Source: a virus (Duplodnaviria; Caudoviricetes). From it: a DNA stretch of 64,000 nt. Numbering within the stretch: the first letter of the stretch is position 1; each line of letters begins with the position of its first letter. The notes beneath the pieces are model-generated. The model saw only the letters and a program-made list of their open reading frames with translations, did no database searches and was not told the origin of the DNA. The translations under genes were made by a program, and so were the position numbers. Shown here one piece after another: positions 49,501-57,813 of this stretch. The DNA is taken from positions 48,766 through 112,765 of the IMG/VR virus record IMGVR_UViG_3300012018_000002. One strand, 5' to 3'.

Positions 49501-52500
49501 TGAGTTATTAACTGGTGAGAAAAGAGAATCAAAAAGATTTAGAGAAACTAAAAAACTTGTTGATAACTTTGTTAAATATGTAAACGATAACAATATCAAT
49601 AGAATTTATACTGGAAATGAAACTCTTAATTCTATTAAAAGACCATTAAACCCTAGCTTTACTGTAACTCAAGAAGCTGATATTATTAATAGTCTTACAG
49701 GGATGCTTATGAATATAAGTGTTGATAATCCTGATGTTCCTATATATGATTATCAAGATATAGATGAGAACTCTTTAGAAACTTTATTAAGACAAGAAAT
49801 AGAACAAAGAATTAGTTTACTTGAAAGATATAAAGAGTTAGATAATATAAAAATCTTTGGTGATGGTATGAGTAGTTATAGAGATAACTGGAAAAAAGTG
49901 TTAGATACATTTGAACCAGAAGGAGATAACTATGATGATTATCCAGGTTTATTTAGAAAAGTAATTGCTAATCTTGCTTCTAACTATGGATATAAAATTA
50001 AAAAAGGTAAAGTAACTTACAGTGATGCTCAAGACATTACTAAAGAGTGGGATGCTTCTTTCTTAAAATATAACCCTAAAGATAAAGTGGATACCCTGAT
50101 AAAAGCAGAGTTTCTTACAATGCTTGACAATGAACAAAATGAATTGTTAGGTATTCCTCTTTATATTAACTTTAATAAAATATTCCCTGCAGTATTAAGA
50201 AGATTGAATAACAAACCTACTATTGCAGAGAAAATACATGAGTTAAGAAGAATGGCTATTCTTTATGAGAATGAATTAAACGTTGGTCAAGCATTTAGTA
50301 AAATAATTGCTAAGTTAGAAAATACTTCTGATGTTCAATTAAGAAGTAAGTTTTATCAATCGTTTAATAGTTATTCTCATAACCAAATGAGAACAGTAGT
50401 AGAAAGAACTGAAGATGGTTTTATTACAAGAAATATAGTAGTAACTTCTAAAGACTTTAGAAAAGAGTTAGTAGATATGTGGAAAACTAATTATCATACT
50501 AAACTTGAACAGATATTACTTTCTACTAATAACTCTATTGAAAGCGTAAGTAATTACAATAAATCAAAAAGAGCTGAATATACAAGAAAAGTAAATACTA
50601 CTTTTGCTGCTATTGAAAGAGCAACTACAGAGCAAGAAATTTCTAATGCTCTTAATCCTTTATTAGAAGTATTCCAGGATATGGGTATTACTTTAAACAG
50701 ACCTGAGCTTGTAAGAAGTGCTATTATGCATTATATTACAGACCCAGAGAATTTACAACTTGCTATGGAAATTGCTAATACTGAAAGTAAAGTAGTAGCG
50801 ATGAAAACCATTATGACTAGTTCTAAATTTGGTTTAACTGAAAATACATTTACTTCTAAGAAAGGTATATTTGCTATAATGGAAAAAGGTCAAAGTCCTT
50901 TTGCTGGTGATACTGCTGGTTGGTTTAATAATATAGCTGATATTATATCTCCTTTCTTTTTAGAAGAGTATGATAATATTACACTTACTATTGATAATGA
51001 AAAACAATGGGTTATCAATACACCTAATCAGTTAGCTATTTTAATGTCTAAGTTGAATAGTAAGACAGAAGCTAGTGAAATACTTTCTAACTTTGGTTAC
51101 TTAGGTAATAGCAACTGGATTTCTTTAATGATGAAAAATGGTGAACCAAACTTTGCTGAGATAGTTAAGTTTGATTATGCTATGCATCAAGGAGTTATGT
51201 TGGGTGATGAAGGTGTTGCTTATGAAAGATTAAATGATATACATAGAACATTATCTTCTATTTCACTATTCTTAGATAGTTATCAAAGAGGTATCAAAGA
51301 CCATTCAAGATTTTGGGTTAATATGCCATATGAAGCTGATAAAACTAGACATTATATTATGAATGTTCCTAAGTTTGCTTCATCTGTTAATGAGCTTGGT
51401 AAATATGAATTTGTATCTGGCAATCCTTCTTTTGATGCATTACTTAAAACAGTAAAACAAGAAAGAGATAACATATTAAATCTAAGAGCTAAACTACAAG
51501 AGGTAATTGATTTACCTAGAAATGCTAATGGAACTTTAAACTTTAGTAAAGAGATTGATGTGTCTGGTTTAACTCCAGAACAAAGAACAACTTATTTAGT
51601 TGAACCTTTACTTGTAAATAGAAAAGGTGATAAATATACTCTAGGTAATGGTCTTAAATTTAACTTTATTAAATCACTGAATGAGTTTGCAGAAAATGAA
51701 TTATTCAATGATAGTATATTAAAACAACACTTAACTGATTATATTAAACAATCCTATACTGAGTTTAGAGATAAACTTATTGAGGAAGGTTTAATATACA
51801 TAGAAGAAGGTATTGTAAAAAGTGATTATATAAGTGAACAAGTATTGATTGATGGATATGATAGAAGTTTAAATCATATGTTAATTGATTACTTTGTAAA
51901 CTACACTATTGCTCAAAGAGAAATAAAAGGTTTACTAACTGGATTTGACGGAGAATATAAAAATATATTCGATGAAGGTAAACGTATGGCTCAATATGGT
52001 GCACCTTATCAATCTTTATATACAGAATATATTAATAAACAATATGCAAATCTTGTAATAAGAGATGTTACATTAAGTATCCCTGATGAAGATTGGAATG
52101 CATTAGCTGAGAGAACTGGATTAACTCTTGCTCAAACTAAAAAACAATTTAGTTTCTTAGATAGTATAGATACTAATGATGCTCAAGGTTTCTGCACAGT
52201 TAAAAGATATAGAGAAATTTTAATGGGTGCTGGTAGGTATCCTTGGTCAAAAGAGAAATTAGATATTTTAGATAGAATAGAAAATGGAGTTGCTACACAG
52301 CTAGACTTTAAATCTATTATGACTCAACCATTAAAAGGATTTTATTACAAAAGAATATTCGATGAAAAATTAAATACACATAGGTCTATTCAAGTTAAGT
52401 ATGCTTTATTCCCTCTAACTAAACAGTTTACTGAAGGTTTACAATTAGATGCATTAAGAGAGAAAGCAGAACAGCTAGAACAAGACTCTAAATTATCTCT

Positions 52501-55500
52501 GGAGATTATACCAGAATCTGCTTTTAAAGTAGGTAGAGTAAACGTAAACAAATTACATGATGACCAAGGTAATATCTTAGATGACTTGTCTAGTATTACT
52601 AAGGATAGTCTTGTATTGTTAGATAATGATGGTTGGGGTATTCAACAAGATGTTCCTGCTCACGAACTTGACCATGACCAAAAATTAGGTGTTCAGATTG
52701 CTAAGTTAGCTTTGTCTAACATTAATATGTCTAATATTTATATGTTTAATGGTAAAGAAATAACAGGTAGAGAATTAGTTGATATATTTTCTGAAGCTAC
52801 TGTTAAGAATTTAAATGAAGACTTAACAAAAGTAATTAATAGTATTATAAACGATGAAGATATTAGAAGAAGACTAGAAGAAGAAATAGATGAATCAGGT
52901 AAACCATATAACTTAAAAGGTTTATTAGAAACACAAAACGGTAAGTTTATTCTTCCTTTAGCATTTAATATATCTTCTAAAGAATTCCAACCTTTACTAA
53001 AAAGTATATTCAATAAAGTAAGAGACCTTACTATGCCAGGTGGTCCAATGATTCAAGTTTCTGATGTATTTATGAGACCTAAAATGAAAGCTCAATCTAC
53101 AACAGAAGGTATTCAGTGGATAGATGGACATGATAAGAAACTTAAAATGCATATAGAGAATAATACTATATATGCAGAATGTGTAATTCCTCCTGGGACA
53201 GAGAAATTTTTTATAAACGGTGTCCTAGATATTAATAAGATACAAAAAGAATGTCCTGAAGCATTAGAGATGATAGGCTATCGTATTCCTACTTCTTCTA
53301 AATCTTATTCTATGGTTCTTAAAGTTGTTGGTTTTAGCAATAAAACAGTAGCTGGAGAAAGTATTATAGTTCCATATCAACTTATGAAACACATGGGATT
53401 TGACTTTGACGTAGATAAGATGTTTACTATTCATAGAAGAATAGGTATTAGTGATGGAACTAATATATCAAAAGGTAATATAGTTCCAAAAGGTAACTTT
53501 TTTATATTTGATTCTCCTGACCCTAAAACAGGTAATGAAAGATATATGAGAGATAATCAAATCTTTGATGTATTAAAAACTATTATTCAATCACCACATC
53601 ACTTCAATGAAGTAGTAGCTTCTGGTGAATTTAAAAGATTAGAAGATGCTGCAGAAGAATATGCACTTTCAAAAGTAGTTCCTGATGGTAATACAATTAC
53701 TGGTCAAAGAATTATGAATGAGAGAAATATGATGGCTGTAGTTATGAAAGGTGTATTTGCTAATAACAATGGTTTTATACCTATTGCTCAGATTATCAAT
53801 TTAAAAAGTCTTCAAAGCTTAAATGTTAAGATTGATGGTAAATCATATAACTTAGACCAGTTTGGTAAAATAGGAGATAGTTTTAAAAACTTAGATGGTG
53901 AAGATATAACTGCTCTTTGTGGTGAGTTTGTAAATGCTATCATGGATGCTGCTAAAACTCCTACTACTGCTTTGATTAACATTAACATGTATACAGCTAA
54001 CGTAGCTTTTACTATGATTGCTATGGGTCTTAATTTTAAACAAGTAGCTGCTTTCATGCAACAACCTATTATTAGAAAAGCTACTCAATTAGATACTAAT
54101 GCTGATGGATACTTTGTTCGTAGACCTTCAGGTTTTTCACCTAACTTAGAGGCTAGAAAATTACTATTTGAATTCTTTGAATTAGACTCTTATGGTATAG
54201 ATAAGTTTAATAAATACTTACATGATGCTGCTATAGTTAAAGGTAAAAAACAAAATAAATATATTGAACCATTTAAGTATGATGAGAAACAAGTATATGA
54301 AATAGATATAAATGAGTTAAATGAATATTACAGAAATGAATTTTTACCTAAAGACATAACTAGTAAAAAGGATAAGTTAGAATGGTTAGTTGATAACTAT
54401 GACTATGTTGTAGCTCAATTAAAAGTATCTAATGTATATGGAGCAATGAATAGAGTAGCTACAGCTTATGGACAAGCTAATAGTGCTTTAAGTTCTGACA
54501 GGAATAATGATTCTAATCTTAACACTATACATAGAATGGATGAGACTAGAGAAAAGTTATCTAACCCACTAACTGCCATATTGTCTTCTCAGGATTTAGA
54601 TGGTGTTTATCATGAAGGTATAGAAGCTATATTTCAATCTAATACTCCTTATCCTATTGCTAAAGCTTATTGGGATATTGATGATGCTGCAATTAAATAT
54701 TTAACTACATCTAGTAGATTCTTTTTACATTCACCGAAATATAGAAATGCATTTAATAGATTATTAAAAAGTATTGGTATAACTAACCTGGATAAAGAAG
54801 GTGAAGAACAAATGTTCTTTAAATTTAGTAATGCTGTAATGGCTTATATAAATAGCCAGAATGGTATGTTATCTGGAGTAAATGTTAATTATTATTTATC
54901 TCCTGAGTATATTAATAAGTTTATTAAACAAAGAAAGATAGCTATTAAAAATGGATTTACTGTATTTGAGAAGTTTGTTATTAACCAAGAACCTATAGAT
55001 AGAGCTAGGTCTGGTGGTATCTCTATGATTACATTTGATACAGAAAGAATGACAGATTTCTTGAAAGATGAATACTCTGCTCAGTTATCTGATTTCTTCT
55101 TTAATAAATATCCTGAAGATATTAGCGATGAAGAGTATGACATGTTGTCTGAGTTTGCATTTGATTTACTATACTATCAGTTTGCTACTACAGGATTTAT
55201 TCCTACTAAGAGTTCTATTAATAGTATTATACCTTATGAAATGTGGTTAAGTCCTTCATTTGGTATTGCAGAAAACATTCAAAGTCATACTTTAATGGAT
55301 GCTACTCATGTAGTAAATAATGAATTTATTAAGATGTTTGTTCAACATAATGCATCTAATAAGAGAATAGCATTTGATGCTTCTTACTTCTTTAATGAGA
55401 AGTCTAGTAGAAAGAGAATGTCTACCTCATTAGTTAATAATAAAAACTTACCTGAGAACCATGTAATCATGAGTTCTAATAAACAACTTATTAAGTTTAA

Positions 55501-57463
55501 TAAGAAAACTAAGATACCTAAAATTAAAGAATACATTTCTCGTAGAATTACTACAGAAGTAAATGGTCAAAAGATAACTAATGTTCATTTGTTTGAATTT
55601 GTAGGTTTAGTAGGTAACTCAGGTATATGGGTTAGAATACCAACTAGGGGTATTCCTAACAAAGCTTTTGAATACTCTAACAAAGAAACTTCATTCCCTG
55701 ACAATATGACAGAGAAATCAGTAGATGATTTATTAGTTGGTATCAAAAAGACTTTTGATAACTTTGCTTTATATAATGGTGTTAATTTCACAAATTCTAT
55801 TGAGGAAGAGACTGAATATGAAGATGTTAGTGAAGAAAATGAAGTATCTTTAGAGATGGAAAATCAAAATATATATAGTCAGTTAGGACAAAAAACAAAG
55901 TCTAAAAATATAGTATTTGAAGATTGGAGTAAACTAAAAAATTATAAAAATCCTATTTCTCCAATAAGTATAGTTTCTACTAGAATAGTTGGAACAGATA
56001 AACATTTTGGTAATCCATTTAGTAGTGATGAATCTGTATTAGCTAAAAACCCAACTTTAATCAAAACAAATTCTACAAAAGAAAGTGTTGAAAAATATAT
56101 TGATTGGGTTATTAATTCAAAAGAACCAAGAGCTGAATGGATAAGAAAAGAGTTAAAATCAGGAGAACATAAAAATAAAGCAATACTTTATTATAAAGAA
56201 CTAAATGAACCTTCTCATGCTACTGCTTTAGATTATTTGATTAATAATTATAACTGGAATGAATCAAAAAGAGTATCTTGGAATTCAGTAAAAGAAAGAC
56301 TTCAATCTTCTCCTTTACATAAAGATATTACTGAAGAAAATGAAGTATCTTTAGAGATGGAAATAGATACCTCTAAAAAAATTAATATCTATGCAGGAAC
56401 TAATGAGAATGCTGAGTTAAGTAACTTTGCTGTTAGACCTTTTAGTTATAAGGGAATAACTTATAAGACTGTGGAAGGAGCTTTTCAAGCTGCAAAATTA
56501 GATTATGCTGAAAAATCACAATCTTATAATGATGAGGGAATAACTACTGAAGAATACAAACAAAATTTTTCTGATTTATCTGGAAATCTTGCTAAACAAC
56601 AAGGTAGAACAATAAAAGGTTTAAACACAAAAACTTGGGATGCAAACTCTTCAAGAATAATGAAAGATTTATTATTAGAATCTTTTAAGCAAAATCCACA
56701 AGCTTTACAAAAGTTATTAGCTACAGGAAATGCTGAACTTACTCATACACAAGATAAAGGTAAATGGGGTAAAGAGTTTCCTAAGTTATTAATGGAAGTA
56801 AGAGCTGAACTTGGAGGTTCAAAAAAAGTATCTTTAGATATGAAAATGAATAAATATAATCCTATTCCATTACAAGATAATTTTACAAGAGAATCAGTTA
56901 AAAAAGACTCTAATTATATTTATCTATTTACCGATAATGCAGGTAGAACTTCTGGTTCAAATAAAATTAAACCTAATTGGTATACTGATAAATATGGTAT
57001 AGAAGGCAACTATCCTACTATGACTCAAGCAGTAATAAGAGGATTAGAAAATGCTTTTCCTATTACTACTATGGTAGATGATAAAAGAACTCAATGGACA
57101 GATGATAGGTTTGAAGAATATAAAAAAATAATAGATAGTGAAATTGAAGAAATTAAAACTTCTATTTTAGATGGAGATTTTAAAGGAGTTAAGTTTTCAG
57201 CTAATAATCCATTTGGAGAAGGTAATATTTCAAAAATGAAATCATCTGCTCCTAAAATTTGGAACTACATGAATGAAAAACTTAAAGAAATAGGAATTGA
57301 TAATACAGGAATTAAACCTATCATAATAAGTAATAATATTAATCTATCTTGGAATTCAGTAAAAGAAAGACTTCAATCTTCTCCTTTACATAAAGATATT
57401 ACTGAAGAAGTATGGAATACACTTCCAGAAAATGAAAAACAAAAAATATTAGATTGTTTATGA
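43550..57463 (+). CDS. Giant virion RNA polymerase polyprotein (N-terminal membrane-like region, zincin HExxH, two-barrel RNAP, C-terminal effector cassettes)
   Basis: DAQG (~52178), YRIPT (~53279), catalytic DFDVD (53402-53416); HELLHH (49259-49276); NADAR-like domain 56357-56820. Confidence 0.93.
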   Translation: MASLNELRKDTITPAVTRGSSGLNVFSTLDPADYSGQLGDTLYGNKTSLDIQRANAQSNWESAGNFLARGVGKALLSVPETAGYILDIPGWVGANKDYDNVLSTWAREGKEFLDEELPEYSRDTIGHDSFNPASFGWWMRNGDSVIESLGYFVPGMALGKGVTAALKLGKEASVAANIARGMNRFSKLSTTAERIAEAGGTLTAAIASNHAEGMQIAAQTYKDVYTSVVNNVGDAKAKELASEAAGKVVRGNLVMAVPEFFEMRLMFKNFDSLRRGANFSKNWIGRNAPELLKQAGLEGGEEWYQGFIERESKRTANIEAGVIEDDKSNVYSRIIDYITSDEGMTEGFLGAIGGLGFGAIGGAMNMNKSARDRKRGIDIISQNQSALKKIMQSQGQLIDMMGKEVDKNNPTAVENAIKGIFLNRAWLAAEAGTFSQLEEYVESMQNASQEEIEKNGWDRKTIAERVPQFKKLLSQVEDVYNKVNSLGGSMSNEFVGKMANHLLKQMAAQEGLAQVENDLQLAYADLLKTIPNKSTDFLSLHPLLLERVILEQFAKAYKDEKWRKDNNLNYSPDVEKTLIDRLLSLEVDLDEKSKGVDTGKVLDNEVANTTISKIITEKVRNLILYEQEKSDYNFYSNPRNREEWELKNEQTSTETQEVAEEKPVDKKETKKEVPTETVDSIIKQREQEIEDIETLIEAQQVKFENTPGADIDAHNKKITELRDKIAKVRKNAEDRISKLKKVEDDGDLKGNKTSIKNKNQEETQEFLNLAELAKEDILNVFDSFERKEDVGESKHKGNAVTIKIKNSVIDEIVIWKSSKDIGFNLKSGKSSVQITDEKKLLQLIAEKLTEDKRKAERKPKPVITNEPVTSITVTPEILQTLEEGSVLQVETANDSIITLIKTKEGFKLERVLYQNGISVPEVPSNPEIKLDKYLIAASSISQKDYDILIATLNAGAIAEQFVGKITKIKNGKVEKTQDAEGNVVEDETPDGKEEDRGEDVILSGDFGSEWLAHTKTTIKEVQPIESKVTTNSSNPQYNQGVATTSLTVDYNSQIVWNDESKGRNPENNYDLEYLYSGEANNDTTLQLEVDTTYGGDNVFPYTEVPVILVSKTRKETSDSPVAGRLGHLPTLVFKKSINEYDIARTTSSSTAYVYWSLEDLLKEKSSISKLPDSDINKMTLLEEVNKAIDVRRGQIKSYLDMRKALLGRDGDFTLEERKNATPVKVINHGQTSGIVQSKKEFEPAANVFEGNNAFGFGQYTLAISHTPTVLGWGGLTEDGLPVNKISSLGVSAAISGDIGSVYLVSQVDAKGGYIPLKLVKATLTDLSEDNQNKVVDKIISLIQEYRDTATLSPKEATAKAKDIEAQIAQLYMITRSGSERGHGNIVLDSRLYYDAKNPKKGANGSYFAIRTTDGGNIIEHRFYYRSKYKDGYANIKADRQGNAQFTYQKFVNGSLKDTRYNVGKKTVAGALKMIPFNVSTNLVNTKDYVPLVKFDDELTDYNTFAMKYLLKSNNRYIKKSDGTNFQINGKSMMFGNPNFRISLVARDSHKAAPQVSTDKKADIEKLVLGKFAIETKKVVSSKGPSNGRTIVRSTKRKVSSDGEVLIITPHNTFEDTGETLATRAIDISFVEFKEHYYPLMAEEQIELFEAALGENVTSIQLKEIRIGLKDSHLKGQINIDVLVVDDLGVHENGAVLNRKLTDAELAALEGKKETTKETLITESTVTDDVNPMSEGLTQSELTSIDRYLSQENLGNEEVLFKGIIDKSQYLKEQYVAFKNKQEYNKALRGLLTRLKRTSDLSLKNISQRIVADPKIQKEIDYEIFRGEDLLDNTIIIDRLLEFDYVPTELIPLIKLLRNKVGQTRKMERFDEDYIYQFYDVATNTIFVSYENFDDRESFARSYVHELLHHYTFMSLHAPETEQEIEFSNNIRQLYIESVNKTKFISEHYGFSNIYEFVSEARTNKAFQKELNKKGLWESVIDFIVELLTGEKRESKRFRETKKLVDNFVKYVNDNNINRIYTGNETLNSIKRPLNPSFTVTQEADIINSLTGMLMNISVDNPDVPIYDYQDIDENSLETLLRQEIEQRISLLERYKELDNIKIFGDGMSSYRDNWKKVLDTFEPEGDNYDDYPGLFRKVIANLASNYGYKIKKGKVTYSDAQDITKEWDASFLKYNPKDKVDTLIKAEFLTMLDNEQNELLGIPLYINFNKIFPAVLRRLNNKPTIAEKIHELRRMAILYENELNVGQAFSKIIAKLENTSDVQLRSKFYQSFNSYSHNQMRTVVERTEDGFITRNIVVTSKDFRKELVDMWKTNYHTKLEQILLSTNNSIESVSNYNKSKRAEYTRKVNTTFAAIERATTEQEISNALNPLLEVFQDMGITLNRPELVRSAIMHYITDPENLQLAMEIANTESKVVAMKTIMTSSKFGLTENTFTSKKGIFAIMEKGQSPFAGDTAGWFNNIADIISPFFLEEYDNITLTIDNEKQWVINTPNQLAILMSKLNSKTEASEILSNFGYLGNSNWISLMMKNGEPNFAEIVKFDYAMHQGVMLGDEGVAYERLNDIHRTLSSISLFLDSYQRGIKDHSRFWVNMPYEADKTRHYIMNVPKFASSVNELGKYEFVSGNPSFDALLKTVKQERDNILNLRAKLQEVIDLPRNANGTLNFSKEIDVSGLTPEQRTTYLVEPLLVNRKGDKYTLGNGLKFNFIKSLNEFAENELFNDSILKQHLTDYIKQSYTEFRDKLIEEGLIYIEEGIVKSDYISEQVLIDGYDRSLNHMLIDYFVNYTIAQREIKGLLTGFDGEYKNIFDEGKRMAQYGAPYQSLYTEYINKQYANLVIRDVTLSIPDEDWNALAERTGLTLAQTKKQFSFLDSIDTNDAQGFCTVKRYREILMGAGRYPWSKEKLDILDRIENGVATQLDFKSIMTQPLKGFYYKRIFDEKLNTHRSIQVKYALFPLTKQFTEGLQLDALREKAEQLEQDSKLSLEIIPESAFKVGRVNVNKLHDDQGNILDDLSSITKDSLVLLDNDGWGIQQDVPAHELDHDQKLGVQIAKLALSNINMSNIYMFNGKEITGRELVDIFSEATVKNLNEDLTKVINSIINDEDIRRRLEEEIDESGKPYNLKGLLETQNGKFILPLAFNISSKEFQPLLKSIFNKVRDLTMPGGPMIQVSDVFMRPKMKAQSTTEGIQWIDGHDKKLKMHIENNTIYAECVIPPGTEKFFINGVLDINKIQKECPEALEMIGYRIPTSSKSYSMVLKVVGFSNKTVAGESIIVPYQLMKHMGFDFDVDKMFTIHRRIGISDGTNISKGNIVPKGNFFIFDSPDPKTGNERYMRDNQIFDVLKTIIQSPHHFNEVVASGEFKRLEDAAEEYALSKVVPDGNTITGQRIMNERNMMAVVMKGVFANNNGFIPIAQIINLKSLQSLNVKIDGKSYNLDQFGKIGDSFKNLDGEDITALCGEFVNAIMDAAKTPTTALININMYTANVAFTMIAMGLNFKQVAAFMQQPIIRKATQLDTNADGYFVRRPSGFSPNLEARKLLFEFFELDSYGIDKFNKYLHDAAIVKGKKQNKYIEPFKYDEKQVYEIDINELNEYYRNEFLPKDITSKKDKLEWLVDNYDYVVAQLKVSNVYGAMNRVATAYGQANSALSSDRNNDSNLNTIHRMDETREKLSNPLTAILSSQDLDGVYHEGIEAIFQSNTPYPIAKAYWDIDDAAIKYLTTSSRFFLHSPKYRNAFNRLLKSIGITNLDKEGEEQMFFKFSNAVMAYINSQNGMLSGVNVNYYLSPEYINKFIKQRKIAIKNGFTVFEKFVINQEPIDRARSGGISMITFDTERMTDFLKDEYSAQLSDFFFNKYPEDISDEEYDMLSEFAFDLLYYQFATTGFIPTKSSINSIIPYEMWLSPSFGIAENIQSHTLMDATHVVNNEFIKMFVQHNASNKRIAFDASYFFNEKSSRKRMSTSLVNNKNLPENHVIMSSNKQLIKFNKKTKIPKIKEYISRRITTEVNGQKITNVHLFEFVGLVGNSGIWVRIPTRGIPNKAFEYSNKETSFPDNMTEKSVDDLLVGIKKTFDNFALYNGVNFTNSIEEETEYEDVSEENEVSLEMENQNIYSQLGQKTKSKNIVFEDWSKLKNYKNPISPISIVSTRIVGTDKHFGNPFSSDESVLAKNPTLIKTNSTKESVEKYIDWVINSKEPRAEWIRKELKSGEHKNKAILYYKELNEPSHATALDYLINNYNWNESKRVSWNSVKERLQSSPLHKDITEENEVSLEMEIDTSKKINIYAGTNENAELSNFAVRPFSYKGITYKTVEGAFQAAKLDYAEKSQSYNDEGITTEEYKQNFSDLSGNLAKQQGRTIKGLNTKTWDANSSRIMKDLLLESFKQNPQALQKLLATGNAELTHTQDKGKWGKEFPKLLMEVRAELGGSKKVSLDMKMNKYNPIPLQDNFTRESVKKDSNYIYLFTDNAGRTSGSNKIKPNWYTDKYGIEGNYPTMTQAVIRGLENAFPITTMVDDKRTQWTDDRFEEYKKIIDSEIEEIKTSILDGDFKGVKFSANNPFGEGNISKMKSSAPKIWNYMNEKLKEIGIDNTGIKPIIISNNINLSWNSVKERLQSSPLHKDITEEVWNTLPENEKQKILDCL
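55831..56363 (+). repeat. 32-bp exact direct repeat A (55831-55862 and 56332-56363)
   Basis: TGAAGAAAATGAAGTATCTTTAGAGATGGAAA (EENEVSLEME); degenerate third copy at ~56826-56846. Confidence 0.95.
56274..57409 (+). repeat. 65-bp exact direct repeat B (56274-56338 and 57345-57409)
   Basis: TATCTTGGAATTCAGTAAAAGAAAGACTTCAATCTTCTCCTTTACATAAAGATATTACTGAAGAA (SWNSVKERLQSSPLHKDITEE). Confidence 0.95.
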
Positions 57464-57813
57464 CAATACAAGAATTTATAACATCTCTATTTGAGATTAG
57501 AATTACTGGTCATATAGCCCACTTCCAAACAAGAAGCTATGCACAACACATGGCTTTAGGTGAGCTATATACTGGTATAGAAGGTTTAACAGATTCATAC
57601 GTAGAAGCTTACCAGGGTATTAGTGGTATTATTACAAGTTATCCTCAAATCAAAATAGCAGAGGGTGTAGATATGACTAAATACTTACAACTTAAAGTTT
57701 CTATGTATAGAGATTATAGAAAGGTAGTTAAAGAAACAGAATTACAACAAAAGGTAGATGACATCATCGAGTTTCTTAACACAATAATTTACAAACTTAA
57801 ATATCTAGGATGA
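57454..57813 (+). CDS. Ferritin/Dps-like four-helix protein (DUF5856-like)
   Basis: HIAHFQTRSYAQHMALGELY...DSYVEAYQG...DDI...YKL. Confidence 0.75.
   Translation: MFMTIQEFITSLFEIRITGHIAHFQTRSYAQHMALGELYTGIEGLTDSYVEAYQGISGIITSYPQIKIAEGVDMTKYLQLKVSMYRDYRKVVKETELQQKVDDIIEFLNTIIYKLKYLG

Noticed and set aside
55831-57409. CRISPR array, DGR or integron interpretation of the vRNAP repeats
   Set aside because: Only two copies of each repeat, separated by coding modules; no adenine-specific variation, no attC-like palindromes, and no cas, RT or integrase gene in the window
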